From the NCBI GenBank assembly GCA_000165345.1, contig CM000434.1, positions 480,001 through 544,000 on the forward strand: DNA of 64,000 bases, in the 5' to 3' direction. A model generated the notes under the pieces. The model worked only from the letters and a program-made list of their open reading frames with translations, did no database searches and was not told where the DNA came from. Of the stretch, positions 11,801 through 19,427 are shown piece after piece. The first letter of the stretch is position 1; each line of letters starts with the position of its first letter. Position numbers and translations under genes: made by a program.

Positions 11801-13666
11801 CGGATAAAAACTCAATAATGGTGAGTTTGGATTAGTAAACAGCTTCCTAAATGGCTTTGGTAAAAGATCCTTGCTATTTGAAGGAAGAACCCCCATTAGT
11901 TGCTCAAACGGTTGCAATGGATTTCCTTTAATAAACCGAAATGCTAACCCATTAAGCTCGATTTCCTCCGAATACATTGTGTGAACAAACATCAATTTAG
12001 AAGAACCATATTTAACAATATCATCTCTACTCAATGTTGAAATACTCTTATTTTGTAGCCAACAACTTAAAATAATGGCAATATCACATGCAAATGGCGC
12101 ATACCTATAAGGGTAATACCATCTCCATGAAGGAACACCTCTAAAATAATAATAGCTGACCCATTGCAAACCCTCAAGGTAACAAAAAACAATATCTTCA
12201 ATAGAATTAGTTGTTATCCTATTGGAATTCGTGTTAGATTTAATATTTGCTTGATTTTGAACATTTGAATTTTCTGGGAAAAACTTATCGATATTTATTG
12301 CCATTTTTACAAAGTAATATCTCCAACGCATAACTTCAAAATTTTCGGGTCTAGTTTCTTGCCACTTTGCCCTAAATTTATCTTGTTCTATAGAGTCTGA
12401 TTTCATAAACCTTGGAACACCTATTGAATCTGAACTAATTTTGTTTTGGTCTGGGATTACCTTTTTCCAATAATCTGGATTAGAAATACGTTTTTCAGCT
12501 TCTTCTTTCTCCGAAATAATATGCCAAATTAGAAACCGTAACAAATTTACATAATTGATTCTACCACAATCTTCGAGTATCCATGGAGAACTACTCAACT
12601 TCATTAAAAAAAAATGAGCCAAATACTTTCTATAACTACTTATTATCCTTGCTAGTCCTTGATCAACAGTGTGGAATGGGATATGAGGGAGAAAATCATT
12701 TCCAACAATGAAGCCTAAGATAATAAAATCGTCAATAAGGCGTTCTCCATCTATTAAAACGTTATCGAAAATACTAATTTGATCCTGTGAATCATTTTTC
12801 AGTCCAAACTTGTATCCGAAACATAAATTTAACTCCTCAACACTTAAATTTCTAGGATTTAAATCATTTATAATATAATCTCTTAAAATAGAGATATGCA
12901 GAAATTGAAACCTTTCCTTTGTGCAAACCGTTCTACTCTCATAATTTCTTGAACTTGAAAATTTTATTTCTTCCCTCAACAAAGAAAAATGTGGTTCATG
13001 AGAAGCAAGAGAAAGCATTATCAAATCAGCATCAAGGCCATACAAGCAATGAGTCGTGTTGTTATTATAGTCTCTTTGGGATTTAATACAACGTATGAAA
13101 TCCATTATTTTATGTTCGCCTTCACCAGGTACGTCAGCTCCACTTAAAACAACTTCTAAATGTTTCCATAATGGATCAGTATGTATTTGATGGTAAATAA
13201 AAAATTCCAGTTGTCTCCGCAACTCATGCATAAAAGTCGTACCAGGAGTTATACAATTCGAATCAAAAACGTTATTTTGTGTTGTATCAATAGAATTATT
13301 TTTCTCCATTTTCTTTAGAAACTCTGAATCCCTTGCAGACCTAAATCTTCTACTTCTTTGTTGATTCATTTTAGCTCTAGGAGCAACCCCATCAACTGCA
13401 ATATAAAGTAATTTCCTAGGTTTAGCTATGTATACCAACTTATTTATATATCTAAAAATAGCAGCCCAAATTTCTGGAGACCCTTTTTCAGATAAATTAA
13501 TCCCATTACTTGGAGTGCGCATTTCACTAGAATTCACACTATTGTGAGCAATTCCATTTACATCCAAATATAAATTATCAAATGGTGGTATAATTCCATC
13601 TGATATTTCCTCATTAATTTGAGGATACCTTTCTGATATCCATCTATAGAATCTCGAGATTCCCAT
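8900..13666 (-). CDS. XRN1: 5'-3' exoribonuclease, XRN1 type (1588 aa)
   Basis: N-terminus MGISRFYRWISERYPQ...FDNLYLDVNGIAHN... is the XRN catalytic-domain signature (compare MGVPKFFRW.. / FDNLYLDMNGIIH). Length fits cytoplasmic XRN1 rather than Rat1/XRN2. True ATG at 13664-13666. C-terminal low-complexity Asn/Lys-rich tail. Confidence 0.85.
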   Translation of the reverse strand: MGISRFYRWISERYPQINEEISDGIIPPFDNLYLDVNGIAHNSVNSSEMRTPSNGINLSEKGSPEIWAAIFRYINKLVYIAKPRKLLYIAVDGVAPRAKMNQQRSRRFRSARDSEFLKKMEKNNSIDTTQNNVFDSNCITPGTTFMHELRRQLEFFIYHQIHTDPLWKHLEVVLSGADVPGEGEHKIMDFIRCIKSQRDYNNNTTHCLYGLDADLIMLSLASHEPHFSLLREEIKFSSSRNYESRTVCTKERFQFLHISILRDYIINDLNPRNLSVEELNLCFGYKFGLKNDSQDQISIFDNVLIDGERLIDDFIILGFIVGNDFLPHIPFHTVDQGLARIISSYRKYLAHFFLMKLSSSPWILEDCGRINYVNLLRFLIWHIISEKEEAEKRISNPDYWKKVIPDQNKISSDSIGVPRFMKSDSIEQDKFRAKWQETRPENFEVMRWRYYFVKMAINIDKFFPENSNVQNQANIKSNTNSNRITTNSIEDIVFCYLEGLQWVSYYYFRGVPSWRWYYPYRYAPFACDIAIILSCWLQNKSISTLSRDDIVKYGSSKLMFVHTMYSEEIELNGLAFRFIKGNPLQPFEQLMGVLPSNSKDLLPKPFRKLFTNPNSPLLSFYPANFEVDMEGVKVPWGGVTLIPFIDEFLLLDSITYVLSKCGFYDSDFRNFEIKIKTNFEYELKNRYKFYLSTSELENLIDANTNTHSSIINSSEFLDTEDKARNQEGRPFIFYLDNYAFPTPKIESTVKLYLPSITNSKVVSKSFYHPAFPDGVSNFPNYLLDNTILPFDWFPNLCRIPYRIYYSSGISVFGTESSNESIFSSISSSHISKEFLNNLFLPSINTRNPGIRILVDYPRMKVAELVSIKTLRYILRPKLLTKPIIEPNNNPKEFIRLLFNENSLLKKRGIVLSPSNSMNIDEELLSISKLVNCKEVLDLKDFDAELKDISDPVNCLVEARVAESSYITESGKVEFNFSKISKHYLLPLILLYSDLKESEAERFKQISKINLGEKLLCINKQNPNYGYIGTIVDEAQRLVLFRIPKNKNKVEQLQKRIFEYALEDLSSIQWFSIEDVAKIIYKPLLNCLNTKCGLDATKSLEYMRFSTLFLKKLIIGPIQVKCNDSTLQEISMNLFKFENKLKNKLYLPLYSKFVDENSFITSSNTNVELGTPIVSNEAIKSILEYLDLFPCFVLAIFKSLVLLDQGELDEHIINSEGKNICSNTFNIDNNNEKVENVFNLKKIHVKDIFSDLIDSKDQDFKFNVMIKIIKGKLYRNLPFLSSRSNSATMLPSTISRLERLILNSQIETNDKYIDLSKLCRNEHFYQSENQFNSGINKLISRFGYPLGTRVVYINTNDGLLPFGTVGTVVSVCCGVKVNKEYYPSTIIDILLDETQINANNLNGMCSKLRGISVKSSECIPLLPCIQNLKDENHLEIISKQILNFDLQFNNKAEKSKKKCDNYSYYWLKNQNSSLKQMGKKEISITDKQNSSEVNNNNNNNCNDSDLRCRKTKNKTEIRHINSNEHPLAVELKSLLSININKKKNGLDYLNSRNIENKIKKNDEISNVPECEKKIEDSMEFKLKQILKIT
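9171..9191. repeat. (ATT)7 trinucleotide microsatellite encoding poly-Asn in the XRN1 C-terminal tail
   Basis: ttattattattattattattatt read on + strand; on the - strand AAT codons give NNNNNNN in the ORF translation (…EVNNNNNNNCNDSD…). Confidence 0.8.
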
Positions 13667-13979
13667 TTTGAAACTAACATTTATAAATAACTTAAAAGAA
13701 AAAAATTAAATCCTCCCGCCAAATCAAATTTCTGTCTAATTGATTTTTTTTCTTAGATCAACTCAAAAACGATCAAAATAAGAATATGCTAAAAATCTAA
13801 GAACGTTAGATACAATACCATCTTTTAGTTGTATTTTAATAAAATTTTAACATTTTTTAATAGAATAGATTTTAGAAATTATTAATCCTCTTAAGTATGA
13901 AATAAGAAACACATTGAATATATGAAACCCTTTTCTATGTAAGAAAGCGACTTGGCAAACGAAACTCGGAGTTGTAGAG

Positions 13980-14053
13980 GTGGGATGGCCGAGCGGTCTA
14001 AGGCGCTAGTTCGAGGTGCTAGTTTTCGCGGGTTCGAATCCCGTTCCCATCAC
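13980..14053 (+). tRNA. 74-nt tRNA gene, class I length, identity uncertain (anticodon loop UCGAGGU, apparent anticodon GAG)
   Basis: GGTGGGA/TCCCATC 7-bp acceptor stem. A box TGGCCGAGCGG and B box GGTTCGAATCC. T arm GCGGG-TTCGAAT-CCCGT. D arm GCCGAGCGGTCTAAGGC resembles Leu-type tRNAs. Anticodon stem CTAGT/GCTAG. 5-nt variable loop TTTTC. No encoded CCA. Discriminator A, followed by a T5 run. Confidence 0.7.
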
Positions 14054-14054
14054 T

Positions 14055-14059
14055 TTTTG
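14055..14059 (+). terminator. RNA polymerase III terminator (T5) directly after the tRNA
   Basis: cacTTTTTg immediately 3' of discriminator base A14053. Confidence 0.55.
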
Positions 14060-14190
14060 ACACTGGAAAACAAAGAAAAGTTAAAATTCTATCAGATTAA
14101 ACTATCAAAGTAGTTTGGCCTTTTCTAGATAATTTTTTGATAATAGATGTTTTTAGCGATAATAAAATTATTATTCATTGAAATTCAGAT

Positions 14191-17100
14191 TTATGCAGCG
14201 TTACAAGTTGGCCCAATACATGTTGTTTCATATGACACAATTGGGGTCGTTATAACTTTCTTGACGCAACCTGTACTAGTTTTTTCTGTATTGTCTGGGC
14301 ATCTACTATCTGGTTTTGTTACCAAAACGCACTCCTTATTGTCAAACAAAGTATATGGATCATTGCATGTTAATGAGAATGGAGCATATTCAACAATATA
14401 GCATGTGCCATCTTGATCGGTAACATACCCAGATGGACAACTGGAAACTACTGGTGTAGATTCTATCTTTTCACAACCACCGGATGGGCACACCTTAGGT
14501 GCGAATCTTGCGCATCTATCACCCAATAGTTGACTATCAGCTGTACAGCTTAATGAATATGGAGCAAAAACTTCTCTTGAACAAACAGTTGTCCTCACAA
14601 TGCTTACTTCCTGAGTAACTGCATGATGATGATGATGATGTCCTAGAGCGTGATGATGTCCAGAACTATGATGTGGATGATTTGAAGCTGTTCCTAAAGA
14701 CCTTCTGGTTCCTTGGGCAACTCCAGCCTCCATTGTGTAACCCGGTGGGCAAACAAGCTCTGGTGGGAATGTTCTTATTCTCTCGCAATCGCCATTTGGA
14801 CAGACTTTATCTGCATATTTTGCGCACTTATCGCTGATAACTATTAATCCAGGTGGGCATGCCAATTCATAATCTGCATATTCATTAGCAATACACCTCT
14901 GTCCACTTCTCTCAAAGTTTTGAGGACAAGAGAGAATTGGTGGTATATAACTGATTCTTTCACAATTGTTGTTTGGACAAACCTTTGCTGTTGATTGTTG
15001 GCACATATCTCCCAATAATCTGAATCCATCTGGACATTGTAGTGCATATGGCTCATAAACATTTCTCATACATTGACTTGCTCCACTGGCTTTATGACCA
15101 TGGGATCTGATTGCAACACCAGCCTGAGGTCTATAATATCCAGGTGGGCACTCCATCGTTGGTGGTGAACGAATGAGTTGTTCGCAGTTTCCATCTGGGC
15201 AAACTTTAACAGTATGGATCGCGCATTTATCTCCGATTATTGAATAATTATCTGGACAAGAAAGGTCATAAGGTGTATATATTTGTTTTGTACACTCTTG
15301 TAATAACTGGTTTCCATGTCCATGTCCATGTCCTGCATGATCTGAATGATGATTTGATTGTGGTCTAGTAAATCCAGGTGGGCATACCATATTGGCAGGT
15401 TTACTTATCAATCTCTCGCAGTTACCATTTGGACAGATTTTATTTGTAAACAATGCACATCTATCCCCTAATAACACGAACCCTGATGAACATACTAAAC
15501 TATACTCTTCAAAAATAGTTCTAACACATTCTGCTGAAGGTGTTGAATAATGATGTGTTCCGGCGGTATGCTTGCTTGAAATTGCTGTTTGAATTCCGTT
15601 GGCATTTCTGTAACCTTGTGGACATGAAAGAGTTGGTGGAACGACGACTTGTTTTCTGCAGTCACCTTGTAGACAAATTTTTTCTGTTTTTTCGATACAT
15701 TTGTCGCCATCTAAAATAAATGGAGATTCGCATTTTAAAATATAAGGTACTGAAATTGTCTTAATGCACTCAGGGGAAGCTAGATTTCTGTGATGATGAT
15801 GATGATGATGATGATGTCCTTGATAAATTGTGCCGGTTTGGTAAACTGGAGTTGGATAAGTTGTTAAAATTTCCTGTGTTTGATGAATTACTTGTGGCTG
15901 ATAATTTACTTGTCTTTGTTGAATTACTTGTGGTTGGTTAATAGTTTGTGGTTGGACGGGAACAGAAACATTTGGATGGTTAATATGAGAATGGCTTATT
16001 GGCTGAATTGGTTTAGATGATGAGAATCCTGGAGGGCATACTAATTCAGCAGGCTCATTATATATACGCTCGCAATTACCATTTGGACATATTTTATCCG
16101 AATATGTAACACATTTATCCGCTACAAGTCTTGATCCAACAGGACAGATAAGATTATATGGAGCATGGTCTGCATGGATGCATTTCATTTGCTGAATAGG
16201 AGCAACAACTGGAACTGGTTGTGGTGGCTGAGAAATTACAGGAGTATATTTATGTCCATGAGAATATCCCTTTTGAGAAGTAGATTGAACCCCAGCTAAG
16301 TGTCTGTGGTGTGGATGAGCAGAAATATTCATAACTTCATCTATTTGGTGATATCCAGGGGGACAAGTTAAAGAAACAGGCGCAGTTACAACTCTTTGGC
16401 AACTTTCATTCGGGCAAACTTTTTCTCTTGTGGTAGCGCATTTGTCTCCAACCAATGCATATCCTGCAGGGCATGCAAGATCATATGGTGAATATTTGTT
16501 AACTTGACATTGAGATCCTACATCTACAGAACCTGGCGGACATTTTAAAGTAGGTGGAGTTTTTACAAACTTAGCACACTCTTTTGATCTTGTTCCATCT
16601 TGACAAATTGCTTCTAATGGGTAGTAATTTGTTAATACACATTCTTTTCCTACAAGTTCAGCATTGTTCTCGCAAATAGGCACAGCTGGGACAGAATCAG
16701 CTTTTGTACAAGTTTTTGGGGTAATTTTTGGAACATCTTCACAAATTGGCCTTGGAGCCTCTTTATGATGTTGTGTATGTATATTCTGGGTTTGAATTGG
16801 TATAACTTGTGAATGTGAATGCCCATGAGAATGACCATGATGATGTCCTGGATTTTGTATCTCAGATGTTTCATAAACTGTTGATGTTTCTTTTGCAGCT
16901 GCTAATCTTCTTAGTGCTTTAACATCAGGTGTTTTACACTCTGTAACATAAGTTGTTACTGAACAGTCATATTGGCTTCTTCTAACACATTGTTTACCTG
17001 TTTCCAATGAATAACCAGGTGGGCATTCCAAAACAGGCGAACTAATCGATCTCTCTACGCAAACGTCCCCCTCTCTAGTACCAACAGGACAAACGTATTG

Positions 17101-19062
17101 AAGAGCCCCGGGAACAAGTCTTGTGCACGAGTCTCCATCCAACGCAGAACCTGGAGGACATTCTGGTGTTTTTGGTGAGGTAGTTGTTTGAACACACTGT
17201 TGATTTTGTAGAGTGAATCCAGTAGGACATACAGTTGAAGCAGGAGAAAATTGGATACAATCGTCTCCATTTGGTAAAAATCCATCTGGGCAGATAGCAT
17301 CGATCATTTTTAGTGCAGTACATTGATTTCCTTGAAGTTTATATCCTGGTGGACATTCTGAAACAGGAGGTGCTTCTTTTATTTGCTCGCATTGGGATCC
17401 AGAAAGTGTATATCCAGGTGGGCATTCTCTGTTTGGTGCGGAGAAAGAAGCACAATTTGTACCATTATCAATAAAACCAGTTGGACATACCATATTTATC
17501 CTTTCAACTTTTTGGCATTGTCCATTTACCAGGTTTGTACCTGGAGGACACTCTGGTTGTGGTGGAGCTTGAGTAGTTTGGGTACATTGTTTTCCAATTA
17601 ATACAAAACCTGTTGGACACTCCTTTTCTGGTTGAGAAAACTGAACACAGTCTGATCCATTGTCGAGATATCCAGGTGGACAAATGGCATCTTCTAGTTC
17701 ATATGAAATACAACTGTTATTTTCCAAGGTTGTACCTGGTGGGCATTCTGTTAATCTTGGAGCAGATTCTGTTTTAACACATTGTTTTCCGGAAAGAGAA
17801 AATCCTTGGGGGCAAATTTTCTCTGGTGCAGAAAATTGGACACAATCTTCGCCATTATCTACAAACCCTGGTGGACAAATTGTATCAACTCTTTCTATCG
17901 ATTGACATTGATCATCTTTTAAAATTGTACCTGGTGGGCATTCGAATTCCATGGGAGCATTTACCATTTGAACGCACCTGTTCCCACTCAATGTAAACCC
18001 GGGTGGGCATTCCTTTGTGACTGGAGAATATTTTACACAATCTTTTCCATTGTCTAAAAATTCTGGTGGACAGATAGCATCGATTGCTTGGACTGAAATA
18101 CAGGCATTATCTTGTAATACTGTACCTGGAGGGCAGACAGGTTGAGTTGGAGCAGAACTAGTTTGTATACATTGGAGGCCTTGTAAAATGAAATTTGGTG
18201 GGCATTCCTTTGCAGGAGCTACATATAGTACACAATCATCTCCTGAGTCTGTATATCCTGGTGGGCAGACCATATCAATATTTTTAATCACTTTACATTT
18301 TCCATTTTCAAATATTGAATTAGGTGGGCATGTCGATTCTAATTCAGCTGATTCTGGTGCCATACATTGTTGTCCTGACAAATTGAATCCAGGAGGACAG
18401 ATTTTATTTGCAGGGAGATATTGAACACATCTATTTCCTTCTTCAACAAAACCAGAAGGACAAACGGTATCAATTTGTTGAATTAATTTACATGTGCCAT
18501 TCTCCAGTATAGTGCCTGGAGGACATTCTGGATTAGGAGGAGCTGTGTCTGATTGAACACATTGTTTTCCAGAAAAAACGAATCCTGGGGGACATGATTT
18601 TTCAGGCATAGTGAATGCAACACAATCTCTTCCATTATCTACGAAACCAGGGGGACATACTGTATCTATCATATGTTTAGAGATACACTCTGTTCCATGT
18701 AATGTAGTACCTGGAGGACAAGATGGTTGTTGAGAAGCGGTTTTAGTAGCAGTACATTGCTTTCCTGATATTTCGTATCCTGGTGGACATTGCTTTAGTG
18801 GTGCTGTTACTATTAAACAATGCCCCTCGTGATAGATTGCTGGTTCCTGACAGAAAGGCATAGGAGGAACCTGGATACGTTGGACACAAACTCCATTCTC
18901 CATTAAATACCCTGGAGGGCAGCTTTCTAGCGGAGTTTCAACATACGTAGGTACCTGGCCTTTTGTGTGTGGCAAAGGGGAAGCTACACCAGGAATGTTG
19001 GGTTTAACCTGAGGCGCACCAAATGCACCAATAATAAACGACAATAATAAAATACGTTTCAT
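14191..19062 (-). CDS. COWP1: Cryptosporidium oocyst wall protein 1 (COWP1), 1623 aa, Cys/Pro/His/Gln-rich, with type I and type II Cys repeats
   Basis: N-terminal signal peptide MKRILLLSFIIGAFGAP. Dozens of tandem CPPG[FYT]..(G/N)..C modules and CPNGNCER-type modules. Poly-His tracts. Size equals the published ~1622-aa COWP. Exact matches to the classic COWP genotyping primers as I recall them: GGACTGAAATACAGGCATTATCTTG at 18090-18114 and the reverse complement of GTAGATAATGGAAGAGATTGTG at 18621-18642, giving a 553-bp amplicon. Confidence 0.93.
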   Translation of the reverse strand: MKRILLLSFIIGAFGAPQVKPNIPGVASPLPHTKGQVPTYVETPLESCPPGYLMENGVCVQRIQVPPMPFCQEPAIYHEGHCLIVTAPLKQCPPGYEISGKQCTATKTASQQPSCPPGTTLHGTECISKHMIDTVCPPGFVDNGRDCVAFTMPEKSCPPGFVFSGKQCVQSDTAPPNPECPPGTILENGTCKLIQQIDTVCPSGFVEEGNRCVQYLPANKICPPGFNLSGQQCMAPESAELESTCPPNSIFENGKCKVIKNIDMVCPPGYTDSGDDCVLYVAPAKECPPNFILQGLQCIQTSSAPTQPVCPPGTVLQDNACISVQAIDAICPPEFLDNGKDCVKYSPVTKECPPGFTLSGNRCVQMVNAPMEFECPPGTILKDDQCQSIERVDTICPPGFVDNGEDCVQFSAPEKICPQGFSLSGKQCVKTESAPRLTECPPGTTLENNSCISYELEDAICPPGYLDNGSDCVQFSQPEKECPTGFVLIGKQCTQTTQAPPQPECPPGTNLVNGQCQKVERINMVCPTGFIDNGTNCASFSAPNRECPPGYTLSGSQCEQIKEAPPVSECPPGYKLQGNQCTALKMIDAICPDGFLPNGDDCIQFSPASTVCPTGFTLQNQQCVQTTTSPKTPECPPGSALDGDSCTRLVPGALQYVCPVGTREGDVCVERSISSPVLECPPGYSLETGKQCVRRSQYDCSVTTYVTECKTPDVKALRRLAAAKETSTVYETSEIQNPGHHHGHSHGHSHSQVIPIQTQNIHTQHHKEAPRPICEDVPKITPKTCTKADSVPAVPICENNAELVGKECVLTNYYPLEAICQDGTRSKECAKFVKTPPTLKCPPGSVDVGSQCQVNKYSPYDLACPAGYALVGDKCATTREKVCPNESCQRVVTAPVSLTCPPGYHQIDEVMNISAHPHHRHLAGVQSTSQKGYSHGHKYTPVISQPPQPVPVVAPIQQMKCIHADHAPYNLICPVGSRLVADKCVTYSDKICPNGNCERIYNEPAELVCPPGFSSSKPIQPISHSHINHPNVSVPVQPQTINQPQVIQQRQVNYQPQVIHQTQEILTTYPTPVYQTGTIYQGHHHHHHHHHRNLASPECIKTISVPYILKCESPFILDGDKCIEKTEKICLQGDCRKQVVVPPTLSCPQGYRNANGIQTAISSKHTAGTHHYSTPSAECVRTIFEEYSLVCSSGFVLLGDRCALFTNKICPNGNCERLISKPANMVCPPGFTRPQSNHHSDHAGHGHGHGNQLLQECTKQIYTPYDLSCPDNYSIIGDKCAIHTVKVCPDGNCEQLIRSPPTMECPPGYYRPQAGVAIRSHGHKASGASQCMRNVYEPYALQCPDGFRLLGDMCQQSTAKVCPNNNCERISYIPPILSCPQNFERSGQRCIANEYADYELACPPGLIVISDKCAKYADKVCPNGDCERIRTFPPELVCPPGYTMEAGVAQGTRRSLGTASNHPHHSSGHHHALGHHHHHHAVTQEVSIVRTTVCSREVFAPYSLSCTADSQLLGDRCARFAPKVCPSGGCEKIESTPVVSSCPSGYVTDQDGTCYIVEYAPFSLTCNDPYTLFDNKECVLVTKPDSRCPDNTEKTSTGCVKKVITTPIVSYETTCIGPTCNAA
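14623..14640. repeat. (ATG)6 / (CAT)6 microsatellite encoding a His6 tract in COWP1
   Basis: gcatgatgatgatgatgatg on + strand, giving the HHHHHH run near the COWP1 C-terminus (…GHHHALGHHHHHHAVTQE…). Confidence 0.8.
15791..15817. repeat. (GAT)n / (ATC)n about 9-unit microsatellite encoding His9 in COWP1
   Basis: gatgatgatgatgatgatgatgatgatg on + strand; ORF translation shows QGHHHHHHHHHRNL. Confidence 0.8.
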
Positions 19063-19427
19063 AATAAAAGAAAAAACTATTTAATGAAATTGACCTAATA
19101 ATTAAATTAGGGCAGATATTCAAATAGTAATTGAAATTATTAGGTAAAAAATTGTTGATTGAGGAAAAACAATAATTCGAGGATACACCTAACGCATATA
19201 CGATACAATTTACACAAATTCGTGAGTGCTCATATTAGAGTTTAATCTAAATTGTTTTAAAGAAACATATGATAATAAACTATCGCTTTGCAATAAATTA
19301 AAATATTGAACTTTCGTTGGAATGTGTTTTTTCAATAATTTTTGATCGGATTGTAAATTTATTGGATAAAACCAATCAATTTTTTGGGCGCAATTTTCAG
19401 AGATGGATTACATTAACATTAAATATT
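19063..19427. promoter_or_regulatory. Head-to-head intergenic region shared by COWP1 (-) and the giant hypothetical gene (+); presumed bidirectional promoter region
   Basis: About 250-365 bp AT-rich spacer between the COWP1 ATG (19062) and the first ATG of the + strand ORF (19428). No specific motif could be assigned by eye. Confidence 0.3.

Noticed and set aside
17055-18424. Several 70-80-codon ORFs on both strands inside the COWP1 coding region (17055-17323 -, 17383-17601 +, 17660-17905 +, 18188-18424 +)
   Set aside because: They lie wholly inside the 1623-aa COWP1 ORF, have no start context, and arise from the repetitive Cys/Pro/Gly codon structure (GGTGG/CCAGG repeats) that keeps alternative frames open.
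19317-19427. TTG-initiated N-terminal extensions reported by the ORF track (19317, 24413, 27423/28085, 33817, 36804, 36867, 38510, 41349, 49670, 5005/8310)
   Set aside because: The ORF track uses alternative start codons; for a eukaryotic nuclear gene I moved starts to the first in-frame ATG (or to an upstream spliced ATG exon in the case of eIF5B). The extensions may still be coding if unrecognised 5' exons exist.
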